Shown here: positions 1 to 7,091 of the stretch, piece by piece
How the letters are laid out: every line of letters begins with the position of its first letter
How positions within the stretch are numbered: the first letter of the stretch is position 1
DNA from: Candidatus Portnoybacteria bacterium RIFCSPHIGHO2_02_FULL_39_12
GTDB taxonomy: Bacteria > Patescibacteriota > Minisyncoccia > Portnoybacterales > UBA2143
Length of the DNA: 55,607 nucleotides
Reading direction: 5' to 3'
Assembly (NCBI GenBank): GCA_001819555.1
Contig: MHMZ01000012.1
Location: 1-55,607 of the forward strand
Notes under the pieces: generated by a model
What the model was told of the DNA's origin: nothing
What the model saw: only the letters and a program-made list of their open reading frames with translations
Database searches by the model: none
Program-made: the position numbers and the translations under genes

Positions 1-71
1 CATCTGAATCAATCGTTTTTGGCATATTTCTTGATTCTATGGGTGTCACCTATGTATCTCATCATGTGCAG

Positions 72-133
72 CCGCACCTTTTAGGGATTTATATTTTAAT
101 TGGGGCTTTGCCCCTTATCCCTAAAAGGTGCGG
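72..133. repeat. Palindromic repeat, family H (CCGCACCTTTTAGGGA ... TCCCTAAAAGGTGCGG)
   Basis: 16-bp arms at 72-87 and 118-133 are exact reverse complements. A related CCCCGCACCTTTCGC palindrome lies at 29546-29592. Confidence 0.8.
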
Positions 134-143
134 GGCAAGCAAA

Positions 144-171
144 TTGTCCATAAAATGTTTTATGCTATACT
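144..171 (+). promoter_or_regulatory. Putative sigma70-type promoter of uvrD (TTGTCC-16-TATACT)
   Basis: TTGTCC at 144-149, a 16-nt spacer, and TATACT at 166-171 directly abutting the ATG at 172. A second in-frame ATG lies at 178, so the transcript is probably leaderless. Confidence 0.4.
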
Positions 172-2103
172 ATGACCATGAAAAGCGCCCTATCTATCCT
201 TAATCCACAACAACAAGAAGCGGTCAAAACTATCCAAGGCCCGATTTTAGTTATGGCCGGGCCGGGTGCGGGGAAAACCCGTGTCTTAACCCGCCGCATT
301 GCTTATATTATCCAAAAAGGCGTCAGGCCGGAAAATATTCTGGCCGTTACTTTTACCAATAAAGCGGCTGAAGAAATGAAAAAAAGAGTGAGCAAACTTA
401 TTGGAAATAACAGCGTCTTTCAAAAACGCCTGATTAAATGCCTGCCAACTATCGGCACTTTTCACTCAGTCTGCGTTCAGATTCTTCGCCGGGAAATAGA
501 CAAACTGGGCTATCGGAAAAACTTTATCATTTACGACTCAAAAGACCAGCTTTCCTTAATGAAACAAATCATCAAAGACCTTTTGATGAATCCCGAACAG
601 TTTAAACCGGCTACTCTTTCAGAAAATATTTCACGGGCCAAAGACGAGTTGGTTGACGCCCAAACCTACCAGAAAAGAGCCGATGAATACTGGCCTAAAA
701 AAATAGCGGAAATTTATCTAAAATATCAGACCGCCCTTAAAAAAGCGAATGCCTTGGATTTTGACGATTTGATTATGCTCACAGTCCGACTTTTTCAAAA
801 AGAGCCGGCGGTTTTAGAAAAATACCAAAATAAATGGCAATATATTCTGGTTGACGAAGCCCATGACACAAATTTTTCCCAATACCGGCTGATTAATCTT
901 TTAGCTCAAAAACATAAAAATCTTTGCCTTATTGCTGATCCAGACCAATCAATTTATTCTTGGCGCGGGGCTGATTTTAGAAATATCCTGAATTTTGAAA
1001 AGGACTATCCGGAAGCCAAGGTTATTCTCTTAGAGCAAAACTATCGCTCCACTCAAAATATCTTAGAAGCCAGCCATCATGTCATTGTTAAAAACAAAGA
1101 GCGCAAAGAGAAAAAGCTATGGACAGAAAACACGGTCGGCCCGCTGATTCAGATTGCCGAAGTAGCAAACGAACAAAAAGAAGGAGATTTTATTGTCAGT
1201 GAAATAAAAAATTTATTGAATCAACATTCGCACTCGCTTAATCTTAAGGACTTTACGGTTCTTTACCGAACCAACGCTCAATCCAGAGCCATTGAAGAGG
1301 CTTTTCTTAAAGCCAATTTTCCCTATAAAATCATCGGCGCGGTCAGATTTTATGAACGAACAGAAATAAAAGACATTTTGGCCTATTTAAAACTATTGAT
1401 TAACCCGAATGATTCAGTCAGCCTTCAAAGAGTTATCAATGTGCCGCCGCGGCGGCTGGCTAAATATAAATTGGAGCAGCTCCATTGGAGCAGTTCTTCT
1501 AAAGAACTGCTCCAATGGAGCTGCTCCAATGCGGCCAATGCGGCTCTCCGTTTTCAAGCTCTTATCCAATCCCTTTACCAAGCTAGTCAAACACTGCCTC
1601 TAAGCAAACTCATCAATCTTATTGTTCAAAAAACCGATTATGAAAATTATATTAAAAACAAAAACGAAGATGGCGAAAAGCGTTGGGAAAACATCCAAGA
1701 GCTTCTGACTGTAGCCAATAAATACAATAAAATTAAACCCCCTTTGGGGCTTTCCCGATTTCTGGAGGAAGTTTCACTTCTAAACCACGCTGATGAAATA
1801 AAAACCGAAAAAGACCTGGTCAACCTAATGACTCTTCATTGCGCCAAGGGCTTGGAATTTCCGGTGGTTTTTATGGCCGGCTTAGAAGAAAGTATTTTCC
1901 CTCATAGCAAAAGTCTGTTTGACCCGGCTCAAATAGAAGAAGAAAGGCGGCTCTGTTATGTGGGGATGACGCGGGCAAAACAAAAACTCTATCTAACCTT
2001 TGCCCAAAAAAGGCGGATTTACGGCAGTCTAATGGTTAACCCTCCTTCCAGATTTCTTTTAGATATTCCGGAACATTTGATAGAATTTTACGCAGGAACA
2101 TAA
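172..2103 (+). CDS. uvrD: UvrD/PcrA-family superfamily-1 DNA helicase
   Basis: 643-aa ORF with Walker A GPGAGKT, motif II LVDEAHDT, YRSTQNIL, TLHCAKGLEFPVVF and VGMTRAK motifs. It carries an in-frame 59-bp palindrome at 1471-1529. Confidence 0.93.
   Translation: MTMKSALSILNPQQQEAVKTIQGPILVMAGPGAGKTRVLTRRIAYIIQKGVRPENILAVTFTNKAAEEMKKRVSKLIGNNSVFQKRLIKCLPTIGTFHSVCVQILRREIDKLGYRKNFIIYDSKDQLSLMKQIIKDLLMNPEQFKPATLSENISRAKDELVDAQTYQKRADEYWPKKIAEIYLKYQTALKKANALDFDDLIMLTVRLFQKEPAVLEKYQNKWQYILVDEAHDTNFSQYRLINLLAQKHKNLCLIADPDQSIYSWRGADFRNILNFEKDYPEAKVILLEQNYRSTQNILEASHHVIVKNKERKEKKLWTENTVGPLIQIAEVANEQKEGDFIVSEIKNLLNQHSHSLNLKDFTVLYRTNAQSRAIEEAFLKANFPYKIIGAVRFYERTEIKDILAYLKLLINPNDSVSLQRVINVPPRRLAKYKLEQLHWSSSSKELLQWSCSNAANAALRFQALIQSLYQASQTLPLSKLINLIVQKTDYENYIKNKNEDGEKRWENIQELLTVANKYNKIKPPLGLSRFLEEVSLLNHADEIKTEKDLVNLMTLHCAKGLEFPVVFMAGLEESIFPHSKSLFDPAQIEEERRLCYVGMTRAKQKLYLTFAQKRRIYGSLMVNPPSRFLLDIPEHLIEFYAGT
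1471..1529. repeat. Palindromic repeat, family A, copy 1, in frame inside uvrD
   Basis: TTGGAGCAGCTCCATTGGAGCAGTTCT / AGAACTGCTCCAATGGAGCTGCTCCAA arms. Translated as LEQLHWSSSSKELLQWSCSN. Confidence 0.9.
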
Positions 2104-2116
2104 GGACGCGTTCCCG

Positions 2117-2169
2117 AGGTCAGACCCTTATTTTTGGAAACCGAGTTTCTAAAAATAAGGGTCTGACCT
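2117..2169. terminator. Strong hairpin between uvrD and rsmA (19-bp stem AGGTCAGACCCTTATTTTT / AAAAATAAGGGTCTGACCT)
   Basis: Perfect 19-bp inverted repeat starting 14 nt after the uvrD stop. It may be an intrinsic terminator or another palindromic element. Confidence 0.5.
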
Positions 2170-2181
2170 TGATTAAAATGC

Positions 2182-3111
2182 ATGAACAATAAAAATTTCT
2201 ACAAAACCCTCCTCAAAAAATACCATTTTCGGCCCTCCAAGCGTTTGGGCCAGAATTTTTTAATTGATAAAAAAGTTCTTAAAAAAATTATTGAGACAGC
2301 TGATTTATCGCCGGAAGATACTGTTTTAGAAATCGGGCCCGGCTTGGGCGTTTTAACCAAAGAACTGGCCAAAAGAGCTAAAAAAGTCATCGCCGTGGAA
2401 AAAGATAAAAGAATGGCTGAAGCGCTAAAAGAAGTTTTAAAAGATTATAAAAATGTGGAAATTATAGAGAGTGATATACTCAAATTAGCTTGGAGCAGCT
2501 CCATTGGAGCAGTTCTGAAATTCAGAACTGCTCCAATGGAGCTGCTCCAAGCCCAATTTAAACTCATAGCCAACCTTCCCTACTACATCGCCTCGCCGGT
2601 TATCCGTCTTTTTTTAGAAACTGAAAATCCGCCAAAACAAATGGTTTTAATGATTCAAAAAGAAGTGGCCCAAAGGATTTGCGCTAAACCGCCCAAGATG
2701 AGTTTATTATCTGTTTCAGTCCAATTTTACGCTGAACCAAAAATAATCAGCTATGTTTCACGAAAATCTTTTTGGCCCCAGCCAAAAGTTGATTCGGCGA
2801 TAATTAAGATTGCGCCTATTCGCTTTTTGGAGCAGAAATTTTTGGAGACAGCTCCAATAAAATTGAAGACTGCTCCAAAAATTTCTGCTCCAAAAAGCGC
2901 CATCCTTCGGGAAAAATTCTTCAAAATAGCCAAAGCCGGCTTCTCTTCCCCCCGAAAACAATTAGCCAATAACCTCTCCAAAAAACTTAAAATAGACAAA
3001 GACAAAATTAAAAAAGCCCTGCTTGATTGCGGGCTTGAGCCGGAAATAAGAGCCGAGAGTTTGTCAGTAAAAGATTGGATGAAGCTTAATGAAAAACTGT
3101 CATCTTTATAA
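2182..3111 (+). CDS. rsmA: 16S rRNA (adenine1518/1519-N6)-dimethyltransferase RsmA/KsgA
   Basis: 309 aa with LGQNFL, the SAM motif VLEIGPGLGVLT and the catalytic ANLPYYI motif. It is longer than usual because of two in-frame palindromic inserts (2490-2550 and 2823-2899). Confidence 0.92.
   Translation: MNNKNFYKTLLKKYHFRPSKRLGQNFLIDKKVLKKIIETADLSPEDTVLEIGPGLGVLTKELAKRAKKVIAVEKDKRMAEALKEVLKDYKNVEIIESDILKLAWSSSIGAVLKFRTAPMELLQAQFKLIANLPYYIASPVIRLFLETENPPKQMVLMIQKEVAQRICAKPPKMSLLSVSVQFYAEPKIISYVSRKSFWPQPKVDSAIIKIAPIRFLEQKFLETAPIKLKTAPKISAPKSAILREKFFKIAKAGFSSPRKQLANNLSKKLKIDKDKIKKALLDCGLEPEIRAESLSVKDWMKLNEKLSSL
2490..2550. repeat. Palindromic repeat, family A, copy 2, in frame inside rsmA
   Basis: The 61-bp sequence is identical to the copy at 18261-18321. 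Translated in a different frame from the uvrD copy, as AWSSSIGAVLKFRTAPMELLQA. Confidence 0.92.
2823..2899. repeat. Second palindromic insert in rsmA, related to family A (CTTTTTGGAGCAGAAATTTTT ... AAAAATTTCTGCTCCAAAAAG)
   Basis: Perfect 21-bp terminal arms. Translated as LEQKFLETAPIKLKTAPKISAPKS. Confidence 0.8.
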
Positions 3112-3117
3112 GAAGAC

Positions 3118-3564
3118 TTATTTTCTTTTAGAATGATGGCTTAAAAATACTTTAATGTAATTCAAAAATGTATCAAAATCACCTAAATCTTTTTTGACTA
3201 TTTTATACATTTCCAAAGGAGTGACATCAAAATAAAAATGGGTTAATCTGTTGCGATAGCCGGCCATTTCCGTTAAATTATTCTCGGCAAATTTTTTAGA
3301 AATTATTTTATATTCTCCCAGTTTTTGAGCAATTTCTTTATAGGCGCTCACTTGAACATGAGGAATCCGAGAAAGAATATGACTGCCAATATCAAAAACC
3401 GCCTCTAAAGCCCTCCTCAAATTATGTTCGGCAATAGCAAAATTGTCTTCTAAGGCGAATTTGCCTTGACTCATCTTTCGCATCTTCTTGAGGCGTTCCA
3501 CGCTTTTCTGAATAATATCAATCCGGTCAATAATTAGTTTTTTATTAATATCTATTTTATTCAT
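3118..3564 (-). CDS. hepT: HepT-like HEPN-domain toxin (DUF86)
   Basis: 148 aa with the Rx4H HEPN motif in YRNRLTHFY. It overlaps the upstream nucleotidyltransferase gene by 4 bp. Confidence 0.8.
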   Translation of the reverse strand: MNKIDINKKLIIDRIDIIQKSVERLKKMRKMSQGKFALEDNFAIAEHNLRRALEAVFDIGSHILSRIPHVQVSAYKEIAQKLGEYKIISKKFAENNLTEMAGYRNRLTHFYFDVTPLEMYKIVKKDLGDFDTFLNYIKVFLSHHSKRK

Positions 3565-3968
3565 ACTCTTGATAAAATTGCCTGATTAAATCTTTCCAAA
3601 TGCGGCTGAAAATCAAGATACTGCTTTAAGGTATATTCTTCATAGGCATAGCGCTTAGCCCGTGTTTTTTGATATAAGACCTCTCCGGTCTGAATGGCTG
3701 AAATCTGAACGCTTAAAGGGACAGACTGCAAAAAAACCACATCTATCTCTTTGTCTATGGGGAAAATGCGGCTAAATAATTTATACAAATCCTTAAAAAC
3801 ATTTGTTTTGTCTTTTATTTTCTCTGGCTGGGTAAAAACTAGACCAATGTCAATATCGCTCATTGGCTGAGTTCTTTTTTGCGCTTCTGAACCAAATAAA
3901 TAGACGATTTCAAGACCTATTTTTTGAAACTCTCTGATTTCTTTTTTAGAAAACATTATTTTGCCCAT
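3561..3968 (-). CDS. mntA: MNT-type nucleotidyltransferase antitoxin
   Basis: 135 aa with the GS...DxD signature (LFGSEAQKRTQPMSDIDIG) of minimal nucleotidyltransferases. Translationally coupled to hepT. Confidence 0.8.
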   Translation of the reverse strand: MGKIMFSKKEIREFQKIGLEIVYLFGSEAQKRTQPMSDIDIGLVFTQPEKIKDKTNVFKDLYKLFSRIFPIDKEIDVVFLQSVPLSVQISAIQTGEVLYQKTRAKRYAYEEYTLKQYLDFQPHLERFNQAILSRV

Positions 3969-4012
3969 GGTTTAATAGTAGCAAATAAAAATTGGATTGG
4001 CAAGGAGAATTA

Positions 4013-4245
4013 CCCCGCCCTAATTTTGCGGAATCTTAACAACCCCGCACTTATTTTGCGAGATATTCTATGGCGGCGCACTCGCTCGCCTGATGGCTCG
4101 CTCGGGGCTATTCGCCCCCTGCGCCGCGAGACTAAACGATGGCTATAACTTTACCCTATTATTGCTACTAAGTCTGGCAAAATTAAGGCGGGGTTAATGT
4201 TTGTTAGCTACTCGTCGCCTAAGGCGACTCGCAGACAAACATTAA
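4013..4245. repeat. Cluster of GC-rich nested inverted repeats
   Basis: CCCCGCCCTAATTTTGC (4013-4029) pairs with GCAAAATTAAGGCGGGG (4177-4193). There is an inner GCGGCGCA/TGCGCCGC stem and a separate hairpin TTAATGTTTGT...ACAAACATTAA at 4194-4245. Confidence 0.6.
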
Positions 4246-4249
4246 AAAA

Positions 4250-4298
4250 AGGCAGGGAGTAGTGTTTAGATGCTTCGCATCCAAACTACTCTCTGCCT
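4250..4298 (-). terminator. Intrinsic terminator of the 4363-4851 gene
   Basis: On the minus strand, AGGCAGAGAGTAGTTTGGATG...CATCTAAACACTACTCCCTGCCT is followed by a T7 run. It lies 65 nt downstream of the stop codon. Confidence 0.6.
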
Positions 4299-4362
4299 GC
4301 GGCCTCCTTCTTATTAAGTATCAACAGCATATTTGCTGTCATAAAGGAAGACCTTTTGAAAA

Positions 4363-4851
4363 TCAATTCACCTCCTGAATTTGGGAGGCGTTTATTAAAT
4401 AAACGCCTCCCTGATTGCTGTAATTTGGCAGCGGGGTTGACTGCCAGACGCCGGGACTGGCTTCGGGTCGAGATTGAGGTTGAGGCAGAACCCGGGACTG
4501 AGATACAGGCTGTCCTCCCAAGGCCCCAACGATGATTTGATCAATCACAGAGTCGGGAAGAGTTTTTACTCTTTCTCCAACTCTTTCCCCTAAAGAAGAA
4601 TAGAGCTGTTTTTTAAATCCCAACTCTACTTCCTCTTGGGGAGATGGCCCCATCAATTTGCGGCCTGCCCAAGTTACCAACGGAATCCCTATCAAAACCC
4701 CTGCAACAAGTATTAACGTCTTGGCAACTCCCGCTTCTGCGTCTTCGGGGTAGCGGGCAGCTGGTTCTCCATTCCAACTATAGGCCACTACTGGGGTAAA
4801 AACAAAACAGAAAATCAGAAAAAAAATCGAAATCTTTTTCACTTCTCTCAC
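4363..4851 (-). CDS. Hypothetical secreted/membrane protein
   Basis: 162 aa with an N-terminal signal-like hydrophobic segment and a second TM segment (LILVAGVLIGIPLV). No recognisable catalytic motif. Confidence 0.55.
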   Translation of the reverse strand: MREVKKISIFFLIFCFVFTPVVAYSWNGEPAARYPEDAEAGVAKTLILVAGVLIGIPLVTWAGRKLMGPSPQEEVELGFKKQLYSSLGERVGERVKTLPDSVIDQIIVGALGGQPVSQSRVLPQPQSRPEASPGVWQSTPLPNYSNQGGVYLINASQIQEVN

Positions 4852-4875
4852 CTCCCTTCGATAGATTGCTCCCGA

Positions 4876-5370
4876 CTAATTTTCTATTCTAAACCGAACT
4901 ATTTGCCCTATTCCTATGGAAGGAAAGGGCCGATGGGGGTCATATCTGAAGTCTCCATCGCTGAAAACTTCATAGTCCCCGAAGTGGCGGCCGTGAGACT
5001 CAACAGTGCCGCCGTTAATTTGAAGAGTAAATTCTCGCTGTTCTAAAAAACCAACGAGGTTTACTCCTCCTTCTTTCTTTGGCTGGCCTTCCCGGTAGGC
5101 CGTGACTATTCCACCGTACTCGCCGTAGCGCCGGACCGCTAAAGCGATGGAACGTTGTGGGCCTAACACCAAAGTGTCAGTCCCCAACATTCCAACAAGT
5201 CCCTCAATCTTAATCCACCGAGAGGACTCGTTGAAGAGTCCAATTCGAAGCTCCAAGGGCGGTGCCTCTATACCGCCACTTGGTCCAGACGGAGGAATCA
5301 CTATGGTTGTGCCCGCGGCACAACCGACAAAAAACAAACAAAACAACCCTGCAAAAAATCTTCTCATCAC
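4876..5370 (-). CDS. Hypothetical lipoprotein
   Basis: 164 aa with a signal peptide ending in the lipobox-like LFFVGC. Confidence 0.55.
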   Translation of the reverse strand: MMRRFFAGLFCLFFVGCAAGTTIVIPPSGPSGGIEAPPLELRIGLFNESSRWIKIEGLVGMLGTDTLVLGPQRSIALAVRRYGEYGGIVTAYREGQPKKEGGVNLVGFLEQREFTLQINGGTVESHGRHFGDYEVFSDGDFRYDPHRPFPSIGIGQIVRFRIEN

Positions 5371-5443
5371 ACACCTCCTTACGGGATTTATCTCTGACTA
5401 AAGCCAGGACTCCTGCCCGCAAAAAATTGTTTATAAAATCACT

Positions 5444-5511
5444 GTCATTCTGAACGAAGTGAAGAATCCCGTGGAATTAAGCGCCGGATCCTTTACTTCG
5501 CCCAGAATGAC
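5444..5511. repeat. Palindromic repeat, family D (GTCATTCTGAACGAAGTGAAGAATCCCGT ... GGATCCTTTACTTCGCCCAGAATGAC), intergenic copy
   Basis: Imperfect inverted repeat. It is related to 18677-18752 and to half-sites at 32744-32782 and 54075-54095. Confidence 0.8.
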
Positions 5512-5675
5512 AAGCCATATTCCATTGTCAAAGTACGCCCGCATTATACCACCTATCCCCCATATTTGTCAAGAGCTGACTTCTAAAGCTCCTTTAATGA
5601 CTCCCGCATATCAAGTCCTGTCAAGACACATCAGAGCGCTCGCGAAAAATCTGTGGATAACTATAAGTTTATTAT

Positions 5676-5704
5676 TTGGAAAATAAGTTTAAAAGAGGTA
5701 TAAT
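5676..5704 (+). promoter_or_regulatory. Putative promoter of the secretion-like operon (TTGGAA-17-TATAAT)
   Basis: TTGGAA at 5676-5681 and TATAAT at 5699-5704, 8 nt before the ATG at 5713. A perfect DnaA-box 9-mer (TGTGGATAA) lies just upstream at 5652-5660. Confidence 0.5.
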
Positions 5705-5712
5705 CATACAAG

Positions 5713-6120
5713 ATGCCATCGTTATTCTCTCTTAAAAAATTATTGATAATGGCAATTTTGATATTGGCCTTGATTTTTATATTATTCTTCTGGCCAAAAA
5801 CGCTTTTTCAAATCACAAACACCTCTTCTTTAACCATGGCCGGCAATCTCTTCGGCGGAAAAACAAAAGAAGTAATACCTTGCCTTCACCCTTTCACCGG
5901 TTTTTACATCAAGCTAAGCGGGCCAACTGCCGGTGATTTTATTTATAACAGCGGCACCTCAAAAAGTTATTTATACGGACCGCCCAACCCCAACCGTTTA
6001 GGACAATGGCTTTTGGGTTATGCGGCCGGAGATGTTAAATGTTTTACAGCCGAAAAACACGGCAAATGGCGAAATCCGAAATCCGGCACCCTTATTTTAT
6101 TTCACGGCTCAAGCATGTAA
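5713..6120 (+). CDS. Hypothetical membrane-anchored protein
   Basis: 135 aa with a single N-terminal TM segment. First gene of a long co-directional block. Confidence 0.55.
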   Translation: MPSLFSLKKLLIMAILILALIFILFFWPKTLFQITNTSSLTMAGNLFGGKTKEVIPCLHPFTGFYIKLSGPTAGDFIYNSGTSKSYLYGPPNPNRLGQWLLGYAAGDVKCFTAEKHGKWRNPKSGTLILFHGSSM

Positions 6121-6134
6121 ATGAATTCAAGACT

Positions 6135-7091
6135 ATGAATCTTTTTAAAAAACCCAAAAAAATCAAAACGTTCTTCACCATCGCTATCTTGTCTCTCGGC
6201 ATTATTATCGGCGGAATTTTAGTTTTAAGCAGTAAAACCAGTCAATCAGAAAAAAACATAATTGTCAATAACGAATCAGCTAATCAGGATTCTGACCAAG
6301 ACGGCCTTTTGGACTGGGAAGAAGAAATTTATCAAACCGACCCTAATAATCCGGATACTGATAATGACGGCTATTTAGACGGCGAAGAGATTGCCACCGG
6401 CTACGACCCGACAAAGCCGGCGCCCAATGATAAATTAAGTGAAAAAGCCATTGAACCAAGACCGGCTAAAGGCGCGCTCGCCGCCGACTCAAACTTTACC
6501 CAGCTTCTTTTAAAAAACATTGTGGCTGGGTTAATGACCAAAACGCTTAATCCCGGCTCAAGCGAAGAAAACCCGGCTCTTTTAAATCCCGCTTCTCAAG
6601 AAATTTTAGACCAATTTATCAGCCGGGCGCTTTCTGACTCCAGCCAGATTTTTCTTCCCCAAATCAAAGAAAGCGAATTAAAAATTTCCAACGACAACAG
6701 CCGCCAGGCTCTTAAAAATTACCTGACAACTTACAGCCAAATAATTTTAAAAGAATTAGAAAAGCCGGAGTTTGAAAAAACAGAGATGGCCGAGGTATTT
6801 TTAGCTATTCAATCCAAGGACTTTTCCGGCTTAGATAAAAGAATAAACGCCTATAAAAATACCTATCAAGAAATGAAAAATATTTTAGTTCCTTCCCAAG
6901 CCCTAAAAATTCATAAATTAGAATTGCAGATTCTTTTAATTAGCTTAAATACTTTTCAGGCAGTTAAAAACATTGACCAAGACCCGCTAAAGGCGCTTTT
7001 GGCTATTCAAAATCATCCAATTACGATTTCCTTAGCTCAAGAAATGGTCAAAAAAATAGACGAGTTAATTGTCAAAGAAATAGCTCAATGA
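6135..7091 (+). CDS. Membrane-anchored protein with thrombospondin-type-3-like Ca-binding repeats
   Basis: The start was moved to the ATG at 6135 (MNLFKKPKK followed by a TM segment), because the 6039 start overlaps the previous ORF. DSDQDGLLDWEE and DTDNDGYLDGEE are DxDxDG-type repeats. Confidence 0.6.
   Translation: MNLFKKPKKIKTFFTIAILSLGIIIGGILVLSSKTSQSEKNIIVNNESANQDSDQDGLLDWEEEIYQTDPNNPDTDNDGYLDGEEIATGYDPTKPAPNDKLSEKAIEPRPAKGALAADSNFTQLLLKNIVAGLMTKTLNPGSSEENPALLNPASQEILDQFISRALSDSSQIFLPQIKESELKISNDNSRQALKNYLTTYSQIILKELEKPEFEKTEMAEVFLAIQSKDFSGLDKRINAYKNTYQEMKNILVPSQALKIHKLELQILLISLNTFQAVKNIDQDPLKALLAIQNHPITISLAQEMVKKIDELIVKEIAQ

Noticed and set aside
1-25. Possible start of a minus-strand gene leaving the window (ATGCCAAAAACGATTGATTCAGATG on the reverse strand).
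   Set aside because: Only 8 codons are visible, which is too little to support a call.
3924-4148. 74-aa plus-strand ORF in the MNT-upstream spacer.
   Set aside because: It is composed almost entirely of the GC-rich inverted and direct repeat modules, has no RBS, and overlaps the MNT start. It is probably non-coding.
6039-6134. Upstream start of the 350-aa ORF (MFYSRKTRQ...).
   Set aside because: It overlaps the 3' end of the preceding gene by 82 nt. The ATG at 6135 gives a typical Lys-rich N-terminus followed by a TM anchor.
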